From the NCBI RefSeq assembly GCF_009914755.1, contig NC_060927.1: a stretch of DNA of 64,000 nucleotides. One strand, given 5' to 3'. Numbering within the stretch: position 1 is the first letter of the stretch; each line of letters opens with the position of its first letter. The stretch is from the human T2T-CHM13v2.0 reference genome, Homo sapiens. The translations under genes and the position numbers were made by a program. Below are positions 1 to 16,153 of the stretch, in pieces. Under the pieces are notes generated by a model. It did not search any database. It saw nothing but the letters and a program-made list of their open reading frames with translations, and had not been told where the DNA came from.

Positions 1-800
1 ATCGTTCCTCTGGAAGTTTTGTCTCAGAGGAGTACCCGGCCGTGTGAGGTGTCAGTCTGCCCCTACTGGGGGGTGCCTCCTAGTTAGGCTGCTTGGGGGT
101 CAGGGGTCAGGGACCCACTTGAGGAGGCAGTCTGCCCCTTCTCATATCTCCAGCTGCGTGCTGGGAGAACCACTGCTCTCTTCAAAGCTGTCAGACAGGG
201 ACATTTAAGTCTGCAGAGGTTACTGCTGTCTTTTTATTTGTCTGTGCCCTGCCCCCAGAGGTGGAGCCTACAGAGGCAGGCAGGCCTCCTTGAGCTGTGG
301 TGGGCTCCACCCAGTTCGAGCTTCCCGGCTGCTTTGTTTCCCTAAGCAAGCCTGGGCAATGGCGAGCGCCCCTCCCCCAGCCTCGCTGCCACCTTGCAGT
401 TTGATCTCAGAGTGCTGTGCTAGCAATCAGCAAGACTCCGTGGGCGTAGGACCCTCCGAGCCAAGTGCGGGATATAATCTCCTGGTGTGCCGTTTTTTAA
501 GCCCGTCGGAAAAGGGCAGTATTAGGGTGGGAGTGACCCAATTTTCCAAGTGCCGTCTGTCACCCCTTTCTTTGACTAGGAAGGGGAACTCCCTGACCCC
601 TCGCGCTTCCTGAGTGAGGCAATGCCTCGCCGTGCTTCGGGTAGCGCACGGTGCGCTGCACGCACTGTCCTGCGCCCACTGTCTGGCACTCCCTAGTGAG
701 ATGAACCCGGTACCTCAGATGGAAATGCAGAAATCACCCCTCTTCTGCGTCGCTTACGCTGGGAGCTGTAGACCGGAGCTGTTCCTATTTGGCCATCTTC
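1..800 (-). mobile_element. 5'UTR of a young primate LINE-1 (L1PA3-like); the body continues beyond the left edge of the window
   Basis: Reverse complement of the L1 5'UTR ending in ...AAGATGGCC (YY1 core, 791-799). CpG-rich. Positions 1-~28 (atcgttcctctggaagttttgtctcaga) match the extra 5'UTR segment present in L1PA3-long/PA4 and lost in PA2/L1HS. Confidence 0.93.
359..613 (+). CDS. L1 ORF0 homologue (84 aa) in the antisense strand of the L1 5'UTR
   Basis: ATG at 359. MASAPPPASLPPCSLISECCASNQQDSVGVGPSEP... matches primate L1 ORF0 (MAGAPPPASLPPCSLISDCCASNQRDSVGVGPSEP...). GT dinucleotides follow nt 106 and nt 191 of the ORF, the known SD1/SD2 positions. Expression is unknown. Confidence 0.7.
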   Translation: MASAPPPASLPPCSLISECCASNQQDSVGVGPSEPSAGYNLLVCRFLSPSEKGSIRVGVTQFSKCRLSPLSLTRKGNSLTPRAS

Positions 801-804
801 TCCT

Positions 805-1200
805 TAAATACATTTTCTATGCCTTTTCCCATCTCTTCTCCTTTTTGAACTTCCATAATGTGAACATTTGTTCACTTTATGGTATCCCATAAGTCCTGTA
901 GGCTTTCTTCTTTCTTTAATTTCTTTTCTTTTCTTCTCCTTTTTTTTTGGTCTGCCTGGGTTATTTCAAAAGATCTGTCTTCACATTCAGACATTGTTTT
1001 TCTGCTTCATCTAGTCTGTCGTTAACAAATTCAGTTGCATTTTTATTTCATTCATTGAATTCTTCATTTCCAAGATTTTTTTAATGAAATCTAAATCATT
1101 GTTGAATGTTTCCTTCAGATCATGTATTGTTTTCCTGATTTTATTGAATTTCCTGTTTGATTACTTTATATCTCACTGAGTTTCCTTAAGATCATTATTT
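805..1200 (-). mobile_element. Old L1M fragment
   Basis: T-rich antisense ORF1-like sequence (tcttcacattcagacattgtttttctgcttcatctagtctg...ttcattgaattcttcatttccaagatt). Confidence 0.6.
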
Positions 1201-1204
1201 TTGA

Positions 1205-1449
1205 ATTTGAGGGACAGAGAGCTAGCAAACAAGCACATTCACATTACTTTATTACAGTAATTGCTATAATTGTTATTTTTATTAGTTATTGTTAATCTCT
1301 TACTGTGCCTAATTTATAAATTAAACTTTATTATATGTACGTAGGTGTAGGAAAAAACATAGTGTATACAGGGTTCAGTACCATTGCGGTTTCAGGCATC
1401 CACTGGGAGTCTTGGAACGTATCTCTGTGGATAAGAGTGGTCTACTGTA
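1205..1449 (+). mobile_element. MER44/Tigger7-family DNA transposon, terminal part
   Basis: ctaatttataaattaaacttta...gggttcagtaccattgcggtttcaggcatccactgggagtcttggaacgtatc, ending in a TIR ...ctactg followed by TA. Confidence 0.75.
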
Positions 1450-1546
1450 CTCTTGGTTTATGTTCTGGGAGGTAAACTGCTCAGTTATGACCACATCCAA
1501 GTGCATACACTCCATTTTGGAACCCTCTAGCACACAGCCATGCGTA

Positions 1547-1615
1547 CAGGTTGGTGCAAAAGTAATTGGCATTGAAAGAAATGGCCAAAACCGCAATTAC
1601 TTTTGCATCAACCTA
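1547..1615. mobile_element. MADE1 (Hsmar1-derived MITE), palindromic, with a short internal deletion
   Basis: AGGTTGGTGCAAAAGTAATTG ... CAATTACTTTTGCATCAACCT inverted repeats. Confidence 0.9.
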
Positions 1616-1624
1616 GAGATGTAC

Positions 1625-2138
1625 TACTTTTCTATTGTTGCATAACTCGTTAACATTAATAACTGATTCATTATTTCCCAATTCTATAAGTCAGAAGTCT
1701 GGGTGGGCTTGGCTGATTTTTCTGCCCTGGATCTCACAAGGCTGAAGGTAAGGTGCTGGCTGGGCTCTTAATCTGGAGATCTGGAAAGATTGACTTCCTA
1801 GTTCATTGAGGCTGTTGGAAGAATTCAGTTTCATATGGTTATGAGACTGAGGTCCCCCCTGCCTTGCTGGTTGTCCTTGTCCCTTGCATGTGGTCCCCTC
1901 CACCTTCAAAACCACCAACCGTGTGTTGAGTCCTTCTTGTGTTTTGAATCTCTCTGACTTTCTCTTCTGCCACCAGCCAGGGAAAACTCTGCTTTTGAAT
2001 CGGGTTCACATCTCCGTATTTTAAGGTCAACTGACTCAAGACTTTAATTTCATCTGCAAAATACCCCTAGATTAGTGTTTGAATAATCAAGGGGTAGGAA
2101 TCTTGGATGGGACCATTTTCAGAATTCTGACTACCACA
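1625..2138 (-). mobile_element. MLT1-family (ERVL-MaLR) LTR
   Basis: Typical MLT1 antisense motifs (tctcacaaggctgaagg...agaattcagtttc...gagactgaggtcccc), ending ...ctaccaca. Confidence 0.65.
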
Positions 2139-3454
2139 GTGAGTGTTGTATAAATTTTTTTTTGATGTTTAATCAAGGAGAGAATTGGAAAAAAGTACTA
2201 AAAGAAGTCTCAAATTAATTTTTACACTGTTAAATTCAGGATTCTTTCTATATGATATCACTGTTAATGCTGGTTATACCACCCATTGTTGTAAAGAAAC
2301 CCACAAGCTAACAGAGAAAAGGAAAACAAAACAGTAATTATGCTGATGTTGTTGCCTTTTTTATTTTTGGAAGGAAGGAAAATTTGCTGATCCGAGCCAA
2401 GTTTTTCCCCTCAATGGCTGGCGCTGCTCAGTAACATTGCAAGTGTTATTCATATATTGTGTTTATTTTTTTCAGGGGCCTGGGCAACAAAGTTACTTAC
2501 TTTTTTAAAAAAGAAAAATGGACTTAAACATGTGGAAAAGTTCAAAAGAAGAAGCTTAGTATGACTGATATAAAATAGTTGTAAAAAGTGACCAATCTCA
2601 TTATAATGTTGTGATTTCTAGGCTGCGTTGAGTTTTGTTAGTTGCCTAACACTGTATAATTATAAGTATAGCTAGAAAAGTGGGTGTCCTTCAAAACTTT
2701 GGGACAGTTGGTTGGGATTTTGTAGGCAATCCAGTGTTGAAAGGTTTGCTTCATCATTTTGTGGTGTTATCTTTGGGTTGAGAAACAAAGATCATTTAAA
2801 AAGAAAAGTTCAGATGGTCCTGCTGGGTTCTGCTGTGCTGTGGCTTATAGCCTACTTGCTGGAAGTACCATTCAGTTCTCAATACTAAGAATCAACTTTA
2901 AGTAACTTTTAAACTTAAAAGTTAAATATTTTTTGGTATGTCTTCTTTGAGTGAGAAGACCAGGGTGGGATTTTTTCCATATCAGACAAACAACAATAGG
3001 GGTCCTGGCTGGCAAAAGGATACACATCATTGCGTCAGATGATTTGTCTCCAGGAAAATAAGTTCAAAGCAAAGCATCAAATGCTGTCTGAATGTGAGTC
3101 TAACCAACTGGGACTGGTAAGAGGCACCAACTCTGTGTGCTGCCCTTGACAGCCCACATGGGCTCCCTTCTGTGCTGTGAACTGTAAAGTGTGACCAGGG
3201 AACTGGGAAGAGTCTTGGAAATACATCAATGCTGCCTGAACCCACTTAGGCTCATGGAAGTGGAAAGGACACAGTAAAAGAGAAAGAGAAGCTCAGGGAT
3301 TGCCAAGTAACAGATATTGAGTCAGCAATGATGGGTCTCAAGTCTTAGCTTGATTGAGACTTGGGCAAGCCATTGTGAGACTTAGGGCAAGTTGCCTCGC
3401 CTCATCTCTGTGAGTCTGGTGTCCTCATCTGCAAAATGGAGATAATATCTGTCA

Positions 3455-3925
3455 TTTAGAGCAACATGGGTGAATCTGGAGACATTATATTGAGTGAAAT
3501 AAGCCAGGCACATAAGGAAAAATACTGCATGATTTCAGTCATATATGGAATGTAAAAAGTTGTTCTCATAGAAGTAGAGGGAGAATAGTGGTTACCAGAG
3601 GATGGGAGGGTACAGGGGAAGGAGGAGTGGGGAGAGATTGGTTGATAGGTACGAACTACAGTTAGGAAGAATAAATGCTTGTGTTCCATTGCATAGTAGG
3701 ATGATTAGAATTAAGAATGACATATTCTATATTTCAAAGTAGCTGGAAGAGAGGTTTTGAAAGTTCTTATCACAAAGAAATGATGAATGTTTGAGGTGAT
3801 GGATATGGTAATTATGCTGATTTTGTCATTACACAGTGTATGCATGTGTCAAAACATCACATCATATTGTGTAAATATGTACAATTATGATGTGTCAATT
3901 GTACATTTAAAAAATTGAAACAAAA
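3455..3925 (+). mobile_element. L1MA-type 3' end inserted into a MIR
   Basis: L1 3'UTR motifs (gagtgaaataagccaggcac, agaatagtggttaccagagg, tttgaggtgatggatatg). Flanked by aaaatggagat(g)ataat on both sides, with MIR sequence either side. Confidence 0.75.
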
Positions 3926-5349
3926 AATGGAGATGATAATAATAGAAGTACTGCCTAGGTCTTTGGATGTTTCTATGAAGTGATACATAAAAAGCATGTA
4001 GCAGGTTCTCTTGGAGGTGGCTGGCAAGATGGCCAAATACAAACAACTCCAGTCTGCAGCCCCCAGCGAGATCAACGTAGAAGGCGGGTGATTTCTGCAT
4101 TTCCAACTGAGGTACCAAGTCATCTCATTGGGACTGGTTGGACAGTGGGTGCAGCCCGTGGAGGGTGAGCTGAAGCAGAGTAGGGCTTTGCCTCACCTGG
4201 GAAGTGCAAGGGGTTGGGGAGCTCCCTCCCCTAGCCAAGGGAAGCCATGAGGGACTGTGCCGTGAGGAATGGTGCATTCCAGCCAGATACTATGCTTTTC
4301 CCACAGTCTTTGCGACCTGCAGACCAGGAGATTCCCTCGGGTGCCTAGGCCACCAGGGCCCTGGGTTTCAAGCACAAAATGGGGCAGCCGTTTGGTCAGA
4401 CACTGAGCTAGCTGCAGTTTTTTTCATGTCCCCGTGGCGCCTGGAATGCCAGCAAGACAGAACCGTTTCCCCCCTCTGGAAAGTGGGCTGAAGTCAGGGA
4501 GCCAAGTGGTCTAGCTCAGCAGATCCCACCCCCACGGAGTCCAGCAAGCTAAGGTCCACTGGATTGAAATTCTTGCTGCTAGCACAGCAGTCTGAAGTCT
4601 ACCTGGGATGCTCAAGCTTGGTGGGGGGAGGTGCGTCTGCCATTACTGAGGCTTGAGTAGGTGGTTTACCCCTCACAGTGTAAACAAAGCTGCTGGGAAG
4701 TTCGAACTGGGTGGAGCCCACTGCAGCTCAGCAAAGCCACTGTAGCCGGACTGCCTCTCTTGCCTCCTTTCTGGGTACGACATCTCTGAAAGAAAGGCAG
4801 CAGCCCCGGTTAGGGGCTTATAGATCAAACTCCCATCTCCCTGGTAAAGAGCACCTGGGGGATGGGGTGGCTGTGGGTACAGCTTCAGCAGACTTAAATG
4901 TTCCCGCCTGCCGGCTCTTAAGAGAACAGCCCATCTCCCAGCACAGTGCTTGAGCTCTGCTAAGGGACAGACTGCCTCCTGAAGTGGGTCCCTGAACCCT
5001 ATTCCCCCTGATTGGGAGACACCTCCCAGCAAGGGTCAATAGACACCTCATACAGGAGAGCTCTGACTGGCATCTGGTGGGTGCCCCTCTGGGACGAAGC
5101 TTGCAGAGGAAGGAACAGGCAGCAGTCTTTGCTGTTGTGCAGCCTCTGCTGGTGATACCCAGGCAAACAGGGTCTGGAGTGCACCTCCAGCAAACTCCAG
5201 CAGACCTTTTGCAGAGGGACCTGACTGTTAGAAGGAAAACCAACAGAAAGGAATAGCATCAATATCAACAAAAAGGATGTTCACACAAAAACCTCATCCG
5301 AATGTCTGTCACCAGCATCAAAGACCAAAGGTTGATAAATCCATGAAGA

Positions 5350-6378
5350 TGAGGAAAAACCAGTGCAAAAAGGCTGAAAATTCCAAAAACCAGAATGCCT
5401 CTTCTCCTCCAAAGGATCACAACGCCTTGACAGCAAGGGAACAAAACTGGATGGAGAATGAGTTTGATGAACTGACAGAAGTAGGCTTCAGAAGGTGGGT
5501 AATGACAAACTCCTCTGAGCTAAAGGAGCATGTTCTAACCCGATACAAGGAAGCTAAGACCCTTGAAAAAAGGTTAGAGGAATTGCTAACTAGACTAACC
5601 AGTTTAGAGAATAACATAAATGACCTGATGGAGCTGAAAAACACAGCACGAGAACTTCATGAAGCATACACAAGTATCAATAGCCAAGCCGATCAAGCGG
5701 AAGAAAGGATATCAGAGATTGAAGATCAACTTAATGAGATAAAGTGTGAAGACAAGATTAGAGAAAAAAGAATGAAAAAGAAGGCAAAAAGCCTCCAAGA
5801 AATATGGGACTATGTGAAAAGACCAAACTTACTTTTGACTGATGTACCTGAAAGTGATGGGGAGAGTGGAACCAAGTTGGAAAACACTCTTCAGGATATT
5901 ATGCCGGAGAATTTCCCCAGTCTAGCAAGACAGGCTAACATTCAAATTTAGGAAATACAGAGAACATCACAAAGATACTCCTCAAGAAGAGCAACCCCAA
6001 GACACACAAATGTCAAATTCACCAAGGTTGAAATGAAGGAAAAAATGTTAAGGGCAGCCAGAGAGAAAGGTTGGGTTACCCACAAAAGGAAGCCCATCAG
6101 AATAACAGCAGATCTCTCTGCAGAAACCCTATAAGCCAGAAGAGAGTGGGGGCCAATATTCAACATTCTTAAAGAAAAGAATTTTCAACCCAGAATTTCA
6201 TATCCAGCCAAACTAAGCTTCATAAGTGAAGGAGAAATAAAATCCTTTACAGAGAAGCAAATGGTGAGAGATTTTGTCATCACCAGGCTTCCCTTCCACG
6301 AGCTCCTGAAGGAAGCACTAAATATGGAAAGGAGGAAAAACTGGTACCAGCCACTGGAAAAACATACCCAGTTGTAAA
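5350..6378 (+). pseudogene. Disrupted L1 ORF1p
   Basis: MRKNQCKKAENSKNQNASSPPKDHN...EIWDYVKRPNL... with in-frame stops (5949-51, ~6132). Confidence 0.9.
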
Positions 6379-6440
6379 GACTATCAAGTCTATGAAGAAA
6401 CTGCATCAATTAATGGGTAAAATAACCAGCTAGAATCATA

Positions 6441-10071
<3,631 letters not shown>

Positions 10072-11561
10072 CACATATACACCATGGAATACTATGCAGC
10101 CATTAAAAAGGATGAGTTCATGTCCTTTGCGGGGACATGGTTGAAGCTGGAAACCATCATTCTCAGCAAACTAACACAGGAACTGAAAACCAAACACTGC
10201 ATGTTCTCACTCATCAGTGGGAGCTGAACAATGAGAACACATGGACACAGGGAGGGGAACATCACATACCGGGGCCTGTCAGGGGGTGGGGGCGTAGGGG
10301 AGGGATTTCATTAGGAGAAATACCTAATGTAGATGATGGGTTGATGGGTGCAGCAAACCACTATGGCACGTGTGTACCTGTGTAACAAACCTTCATGTTC
10401 TGCACATGTATCCCAGAACTTAAAGTATAATAATAACTTTAAAAAGCATATAGTAGACCACCTGGCATGCAAGTACTTAGCAAATTTTGGCTATAATTGA
10501 AGAAGGAGCTTCATTAAAAAAGGAAGAAGGAAAGATTAAGAGAGAGAGAAATAAGAGAAAGAAGGGGAAGAGGGAAAATGAGACCATCAGGAACAAACAG
10601 AAGAAGGAGGCTGGTCTAGGTCCCAGGATTCCATGCACTTAGAAAAATAAGGCAAGTTTGAATTGAACTTTTTCATTTTTCAAGTGAAGTTGAGTTCTCG
10701 GATATACACTCTGCTGCATACTTCCCTCCACAATGCTGAGTTTTAATATCATTTGGTTGAAGCTTTGAGATACTGGGCCGAAATAGCTTCCAGAATGCCT
10801 CTGTAATCCAGTGGTGATATTAGTGAGGCCTAGGAAATCATTTTATAGCCACTAGTCTTTTTATTTGTAAATTTATTCTACACTGAAGGTGTTAGCATCA
10901 AACTTTTCACCCTGACTGAGCACAGACTCTTGGGAGAACTGAAATCTAAGTAAGAGATTACCTTGCACAGTGCGTCAAGTCAGGGATGAATGAAGCAACT
11001 TAGGCGACAGAAATTATCCTGGTGGAGCCTGAGACCTGAGACTAAAGGCTGAGGGTGTGCTTTGGTCTCACCACCAAGCTTTGCTGGTGAATTCTCTACC
11101 ACCATAGCTGTCCCTTTTGTGAGTTGCAAAGGAAAGAATGTTCTCTGTGTGCAACAAATAGTCCTGATTTAATCTGGGGCAGAAAATCCCCTAGCTTTGC
11201 CAGTGATCTGCTTGTTGGAGAATAAAATAATTGAATTATCTCCCTGGGCAAAAGCAAATGGCATGGAAAGTCTCAATTGCAGCAAGAGGAAAAATAAGAA
11301 TAAGGGACTGTTTTGCTTTGTTTTATTTTGAGCTTTTGGTACTGAATTCCATTTATTTAGAACAAATGAAGAAATCTTCTTTTAAGAAAGTTAGTCAACA
11401 TACTTGGGAGGTCTCATCAGTTTCTTTGGGTTCTTCTTGGGATGATGGGAGAGCTGCTGAAGTTCCCTTCCCCCAAGATCAACTATTAGTCTCTGCCTAT
11501 AACGCTGTCTACAATCAGCCTTGCCCTAAGAGTCAAACTGCTTGCCAAGTTATGCGTCCCT

Positions 11562-11691
11562 CTCCCAGCTTTATTGAGACATAATTGACAAATAAACAAA
11601 TAAACATTGTATATATTTAAGGTATACAAAGTGATGTTTTGATATACATATACATTACAAATAACATATCCATCTTCTCACATGGTTACCA

Positions 11692-11730
<39 letters not shown>

Positions 11731-12740
11731 CAGAGAGAGAGGAAAACACTGAAGATCTACTCTCAACAAATTTCAGGTATTCAGTGCATTAGTATTAACT
11801 ATTATTGCCATGCTGTAAATTAGGTCTGCAGAACTCACTCATCATATAACTGTAAGTGTGTATCCTTTGACCAACATCTCCCCCTTTTCTCCACTCTCAG
11901 CCCCTGGCAACCATCATTCTGTGTTACTGTAAGTTTGATTTTTTTTTTTTTTTTTTTAGATTTCACATATAAGTGAGATCATGCAGTATTTGTCTTTCTG
12001 TGCCTGGCTTGTGAAACTTAGCATAATGTCCTCCTGGTTCGTCCGTGTTATCTCAAATGGTAGCATTTCCTTCTTTTTAAAGGCTGAATAATATTCATAT
12101 ATATGAATATTATATTAATTATATTAATATATAATATTCCTGCGTGTGTGTGTGTATATATATATATATCACATATATCACATTTTTTTTATCCATTCAC
12201 CTGCCAATGCACATTTAGGTTGTTTTCATATCTTGGCCACTGTGAATAATGCTGCAATGATTGTGGGTGTGCAGCTGTCTCTTTGAGATAGTGATTTACT
12301 CCCTTTTGATATACACCCAGAAATGAGATTGCTGGATCATATGGTAGTTCTAGTTCTGTTTTTTTGAGGAACCACCACACTGTTTTCCATAGTGGCTGTA
12401 CTAACTTACATTCCCACCAACAGTATACAAGGGTCCCTTTTCTCCCCCTCCATGCCAACACTTGTTACCTTTTGACTTTTTGATAATAGCCATTCTAACG
12501 GGTATGAGATGTTACTTCTTTGTGGTTTTGATTTGCATTTCCCTGGTGATTAGTGATGTTGATCACCTTTCCATATACCTGATGACCATTTGTATGTGTT
12601 CTTTGTTCAAACGTCTGTTCAGGTCATTTGCCCATTTTTAAACTAGGTTGTTTGTTTTCTTGCTATTGAGTTGATATGAGTTTCTTATCTATCTTGGGTA
12701 TTAACCCCTTATTGAATATATGGTTTACAAATAATTTTGT
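11562..12740 (-). mobile_element. L1MA-type 3' fragment containing (TG)n and poly-T
   Basis: ccagctttattgagacataattgacaaata start; antisense ORF2 C-terminus ([22 protein letters not shown] in ORF 12189-12461). Confidence 0.85.
11694..11729 (+). repeat. (TG)18 microsatellite
   Basis: Direct reading. Confidence 0.95.
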
Positions 12741-14247
12741 ATGGATTTGAAGGCAGTTTCACAAATTTCTAAGACATCAATAACTTTATTTTATGTTAAA
12801 GATCCAAGTGGTTAGTGTGATAGACCATGGACACCTGTTCCATATCTGGTTGTAAAGAAACAGTAGATACCATGGTAGTTTCATGGCTGGATACCCTCAT
12901 CAGTGGGTGGAGAGAGGAGGCTTGGGCTTTGTAGGGAAGGTCAGCAGAGACCAGCCTAAGGCATGACTCATACTAGTCACTGTGGAGATATTTGTTGACC
13001 AGTAAATACTATCAAGATAACTTGGGCTTGTGGGAATGATACCAACAGATAATTCTCATGGGGTATTAGCTCATATGTAAAGTGATGAGATGGGTATCTG
13101 GCATAGAGTACCTATAACCTAAGAGGAAAGAACTATCCTTTTTTTTTTTCAGATGGGGTAAATGAGGCCCATAATGAATTAGCAGCTTGGCCAAGGTCGT
13201 TGCGGGAAAACTTAGTAAGTCGCCAAGCAGTGATTGGAAGCCATGCATTGCGAATCTAGGACATGGATATTTATCCTCCGGAGCAGACTGCCTCCCGTTA
13301 CAGTGTATTTAAAACTTAACAGTCATCACTTCCTCCACCCCAGCCTGCTTCTCTTCTTGTGTTTCCGCAAGAACAGCCCCAGCACCCACTCATTGACACA
13401 AACCAGAAATTTGGGGAGCATCTTTGACTTGCCATCTCCCTGGGCCCCCACATTAATCATTCCCAGAGTTTTCTCCATTGTCAAATCCCCATTCTCTCCT
13501 CACCTGTCCATTTCTCTCCACCTCCAAGTCTGCTATCTTGATTTAAGTCATCATGATCTCCTCCCTGAATCTCTGCCTCCCTCTCCTGGCTTGTCCTCTG
13601 GCTCCAGGTGTCTGTCTTCCAACCACATCTTCACACGGAGATCAGATTTCTCCTAGAGAAATTTTTGGACTTCACATTTGACCCTCTCTGAGGTTAAAAC
13701 TCCTTGGTGGATCCTCAGTCCATGGCTGGAGCAGTTTTTCCCGTGGTGTACCCTCTTGTACTTGATCATTTATGGGTGGTAGAGAGGAGTTAGGGCAGGA
13801 TATTCACTTGGGATATTGAACTAACAGTTGCTTTCTTTCAATTAACCCCTCTGACAACCTCAGGAGGAAAGTCTTAATTCACTATTAATATGTCTTCAAC
13901 ATTTTCCTCATTTTTGCTTATCTCCATTTTTAACCAAGACAGAGCAGGCAACTATAGTTAGCTAGAATGCCACTACTTATTTTTATTCTATTTTTATGAT
14001 TTCTTTTTACTTTATGGCTCATGATACAAGTTTTCCATTTTCTGGGAATGCTACAAAGTTATCTTTTAGAAGGAGTATATTTAAATTTAAAAATAACAGC
14101 ATAATAAAAGATTTAATTAATGACTAGAGCAAGTGATATAATACAGTAGCCCTCTTTGTATCTGCAGTTTCAGTTATCTGAGGTGAACCATGGTCTGAAA
14201 ATATTACATGGCAAATTCCAGAAATAATTCATAAGTTTAAAACTGCA

Positions 14248-14646
<399 letters not shown>

Positions 14647-14932
14647 TTGTCATTCTGAGCAGTGTGATGAATCTCGCATCTTCAATGTGCATCTTCCCTT
14701 TGTCAGGTGTATCCACGCTGTCTACACTACTCACCCATTAGTCAGGCGGCTCAATTATCAGATCTGCTGTTGTGGTATGGCAGTGCTTATGTTCAGATAA
14801 CCCTTATTTTACTTAATAATGCTTTTCTAATAATTACTTATTACTTATTGTTAATCTCTTACATTGCCTAATTTATAAATTAAACTTTATCATTGATATG
14901 TATATATATAAAAAACCCATCTCATATATAGG

Positions 14933-15318
14933 TGATATGATTTGGCTATATCCCCACCCAGATCTCACCTTGAATTGTAGTTACTGTAACTACATGTGTT
15001 ACCATAACACATGTGTTGTGGGAGGGACCCAGTGGGAGGCAACTGAATCATGGAGCGGTTACCTCCATGCTGTTCTCTTGATAGTGAGTTTTCATGAGAT
15101 CTGATGGTTTTATAAGAAGCTTTTCCCCCTTTGCTCGGCACTTCTCCTTCCTGCAGCCATGTGAAGAAGGACATGTTTGCTTCCCCTTCCACTGTGATTG
15201 TAAGTTTCCTGAGGCCTCTCCAGCCAAGCTGAACTGTGAGTCAATTAAACCTCTTTCCTTTATAAATTACCCAGTCTCAGGTATGTCTTTATTAGCAGCG
15301 TGAGAATGAACTAATACA
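14933..15318 (+). mobile_element. THE1D-like solo LTR
   Basis: TGATATG...CTAATACA termini; 5-bp TSD ATAGG (14928-32 and 15319-23). Confidence 0.92.
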
Positions 15319-16051
15319 ATAGGGTTCAGTACTGTTCATGATTTCAGACATTGACTGGGAGTCTTGGGACATATCCCCTGAGAATGATGGAAGACTACTT
15401 CACAGCGAAAATTGATCATAGCAGAAGAAATATGGAAGTTTTGGAAACCGTAATTATAGGCCTTTCTGGAACCTGCTTCCTGCTTGTGTTGCCAGCCTTA
15501 ACTCTTCCATATTTTCCTTATTTTAAATTGCTACTGAAAATGATGAAGTCCTGAGCTTGGCAGTGGCTCCCACCTTTTTCTCCCTCCCTTCTTGGAGACA
15601 TCAGAAACCGATAGGAGAGAAGGCTACACATTAGTCTGTGTGTCCTGCAGCCATAGAAATGTCATGACAGACACAATTTTACTATACAGTTTCATGGAAA
15701 GAAGTTATTTAAGCACTTATCAAATATGTGGCCAAACACTTGAAAGCAAATGATTAAATGATGTATTTAAATATTTTATAGTAAAGCATGCTCAGTGGGC
15801 AGCTATTAGTCAAATTTTTACAGGTATTCATTTAAGCAAAATCATACCATCTTTTGAATCTGGGAAATCCAGCTCTACTTAGTAGCCTGTTTTACCCTTT
15901 TGGAGTTGATTCTGTAAAAATCCAGGAGAATTTCTTCTCCTCTCAATCTTTAGCCAAAATATGAGAATTGTAGGAAATTGCTCATCCCCAAACTCCATGT
16001 GCCTGCACATGCTCACACAAGTCGAATCTGTAATAGGACTTAAAACTCTCC

Positions 16052-16153
16052 TGTCCCAGCACTTTGGGAGTCTGAGGCAGGAGGCTCAATTGAGCCCAGG
16101 AGTTTGAGACCAGCCTGGGCAACATAGTGAGACCCTGTCTCTACAAAAAAAAA
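16052..16153 (+). mobile_element. FLAM/AluJ left monomer, 5'-truncated
   Basis: cccagcactttgggag...ttgagcccaggagtttgagaccagcctgggcaacatagtgagaccctgtctctac-polyA. Confidence 0.85.

Noticed and set aside
4599-4643. ORF0 in the L1PA7-like element (minus strand)
   Set aside because: MADAPPPTKLEHPR ends at TAG after 14 codons.
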